From: Takakia lepidozioides | Lineage: Eukaryota > Plantae > Bryophyta | DNA: 64,000 bases | Assembly: GCA_030704615.1 (NCBI GenBank) | Contig: CM060732.1 | Coordinates: forward strand, 51,832,001 to 51,896,000 | Direction: 5' to 3' | In this document: in pieces, positions 61,601 to 64,000 of the stretch | Position numbering within the stretch: position 1 is the stretch's first letter | Layout: every line of letters begins with the position of its first letter | Translations under genes and position numbers: made by a program | Notes under the pieces: generated by a model | Seen by the model: the letters and a program-made list of their open reading frames with translations, nothing else | The model's database searches: none | Told to the model about the DNA's origin: nothing

Positions 61601-63011
61601 ATTGCTGCTTCACATTTGGCCAAATGTAAGTACCCCAAGGCGTGCATCGTGCAAGGCCTTCTGGGTAGGTAAGAACAGCCTGTCATTGTACAGATTCAGG
61701 ACCTGTGTACACATGAATCTTGTTGGACCAGCCTGCAGTTAATCAGACTCCAAACATGCAACCAAGTGATCACATTGGGCATGATAAGACTGACTACGAC
61801 TTCATTCTACATCCTGTACAGTTGCCCCAAGATATGCATCATGTAATGCATTTTGGCATGGAAGAAAGCCCTGCCCTGTCACAGCATCCAGATATGGACA
61901 CACATACAATTTGAGTGCCCGAGACCAAGCCCACTTGGCCAAGATAAATCATACAATGCATGTGGCTGTTCATATGGCAAAATAAAGTAACTAATCACTG
62001 GCCATGGTCCTTTAGAGCTTACCATCACTGTTTCACAGGAGGCTAATGCCATGTTTTGCAAATAGAACCTCACTATGCTCCATTCCACAACAAATCCAGG
62101 TCTGAAAACGGCCTGTCATTGCCTTATCAGGTTGTCTTCTTTTACAAAAACCAGACAACCTCATCCTTAAAGCCCAGCAGCCACTGATGCCTTTACCCTT
62201 ACACCATCAATCCTCTTTTAAGGGCAAAAAAAGAACCTAGTCTAAAAATCCACAGACAAAGCTGTCAAAGATTCAAGACAGGGTAGGATTCACATGTTGT
62301 GTTGCATGAGACAAGGCTGCCAGGCCGAAATGCTCCATCAGCAGCAGTAAAAGATAAGTCAAAAGCAAGCATGATCATGTCAAACCAGGAGCAAACGGGC
62401 CGAAATCGGGGCTGCAGGCAGTAGCAGTATGTTCATTTTGTTCACATCCTTATCTGCAAGCTCAAGAGAATTCAGAACAAGTAGGGATCCTCACCTGGTC
62501 CCATCACAAGCCCCCACAAAAACCAATGGGTTAGTGAGGATTGTGGAACCCTAGGTGAATCACAGACCCCTACACTTGTCATCGATGTCAACTAAGAACC
62601 TCAAAAACAAGAGAGAAAGACATGAAGTAAAAGGAACCCTAAACACCAAAAGCACCTTGAGCGATTGGGGAAGGTAATTGTGCGCCATCGCCACCAGCAA
62701 GCCACCTCCAGCACAGCTAAGGAGAAGCGAAGCATACAAATGCTAGGTTTAAGAAGGGAGAGAGAGAGATATATACTTCCCCACACAAGCGCCGCTGCGA
62801 AATATAAAAGCCAGAGGAGGGAAAGAGACGATGCCATCACGGCGGGGTCTCCCGCCTGTGAGAAAAGACAAGACGCCGCCATTGTGCATCCCCAGGAGCT
62901 CGTCCGGCATGGGCACAAAGCAGCAGACAGGGTAGCAGCAGAGCTCAGACGCCATAACTCTTAGCCCACGAGTTCAGAAGCACGAGGAGTGCAGCTGACG
63001 GCGGGAGAGAC
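58608..63011. repeat. Giant diverged inverted repeat (foldback): arms ~58608-60292 and ~61089-63011
   Basis: Collinear reverse-complement matches at the ends (GTCTCTCCCGC / GCGGGAGAGAC), at 59025-59134 / 62488-62598, at ~59220 / ~62420 and at 60110-60292 / 61089-61262. Confidence 0.85.
60353..61071 (-). mobile_element. Truncated, internally deleted copy of the same LINE family
   Basis: Reverse-complement match to 40341-41375 minus ~320 nt. 17-bp TSD AGAAAAAGTTAAAAAGA at 60336-60352 / 61072-61088. Confidence 0.92.
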
Positions 63012-63049
63012 ACCCTAGGGCACATCCCGATTTTTCATCCGCGGCGCAA

Positions 63050-63860
63050 TGGGCTAATCAGCCCCTCTTTTAACAAAAATTTAAACAACTAAAAAAATAA
63101 AGCTCAATGAAAGGGAGCTACAAGCGGGTAATGGGGGCTGGTTGGCAAGTCCCTCCCTGCTTTGGGCTCCCTCCCTCTCATGCAGAATCTGCCATAACAG
63201 AAGCCAGAGGGGCTATCTTATCAAACCCCAATTGTATCAAGAATTAAAAAAACTTCAAGAAAAGGAAGATACTTACCAGTGGGTATTGTGGGCTGGTTGG
63301 CGGGGCCCTCTTTGCTTGTGCTCCCTCCAATGTAAAATCTACCATAGTGGAGCAAGGGGCTATCAGCCCCTTGGTATATCATCAAAGAAAACAGGAAAAA
63401 GAAAAGAATGATGATCAATGATTACCATGGACCAAGGGGGCTGGAGGCAGGTCGGGCCCTCCTTACTCGTCCTCCCTGCACCACATGCCATAGCAGAAAA
63501 GGAGGAGGCTGATTAGCTTCATGGTGAACTAAAGCTAAAAATAGTAAAATAACCAAAAGTGGTGGATGCTTACCAACAAAGGGCTGGTTGACGACAGGGC
63601 TGGTTGCGCGGGCCCTCCTACTGGCACTTCCTCCCTCCAATGCGCTACTTACCACAATACAAGAGCATGGGGCCCATTAGCTCCGCTGAACCAAAAAATT
63701 AAAAAAAAAAAAAAGAACATGGTGGATTCTCACCAACAACAAGCGACGGCTGGTTGGCGGGGCCCTCCTGCTCACACTCCCTCCCTTTGTGTCCACCACC
63801 TGCCACAGCAGCAGAAGAGAGATCAGCCCCCTCTTGTGCGATAAACTGAGAAGAAAAGAA
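63050..63860. repeat. Second block of the ~155-bp satellite, about 5 monomers, same orientation
   Basis: GGCTGGTTG(G)C-type anchors near 63134, 63290, 63437, 63596 and 63747, plus ATCAGCCCC motifs. Confidence 0.7.
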
Positions 63861-64000
63861 ACAAACAACACATTAAATCAATCAACCTAAGAGGGAAAGA
63901 TAAGGGAGATGGAGATGAAATGAGAGCGAGAGAGAAATCAAACAAATAAAGTAGGAGATGGAGACACGGAACACGAACCTTACCTGGACTGGAGTAGCGA

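Overview
Eukaryotic nuclear DNA from a land plant, most likely a non-seed plant such as a moss or other bryophyte. This is inferred from the gene set, short GT-AG introns, PLS/DYW PPR arrays and the repeat types. The first ~43 kb is gene-rich and carries eight apparently intact genes. These are a micro-exon gene for a small membrane/acidic protein, an At5g65660-like protein, an FNBP4-like WW protein, a GDSL lipase, chloroplast FKBP16-1, MFP1-like, an intronless DUF6817-like gene and a DUF2358/SnoaL-like gene. This part also has P450 and LRL-bHLH pseudogenes and several MITEs. The last ~21 kb is decayed: PPR and kinase fragments, a Copia fragment with nested hAT MITEs, a hAT transposase pseudogene, a ~155-bp satellite and a frameshifted PLS/DYW PPR array. 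It also holds a ~4.4-kb palindrome with a LINE in its loop. The most unusual signals are: (1) an 86-nt, TSD-flanked, highly structured retroposed RNA; (2) an RTEX-like LINE family without a poly(A) tail whose ~65-nt 3' stem-loop also occurs alone; (3) the giant foldback, which has a highly conserved internal hairpin; (4) a TTAA/CCC piggyBac-like MITE; and (5) a duplicated splice acceptor that would create a premature stop. All calls were read by eye, so family names are recollections that need database confirmation.
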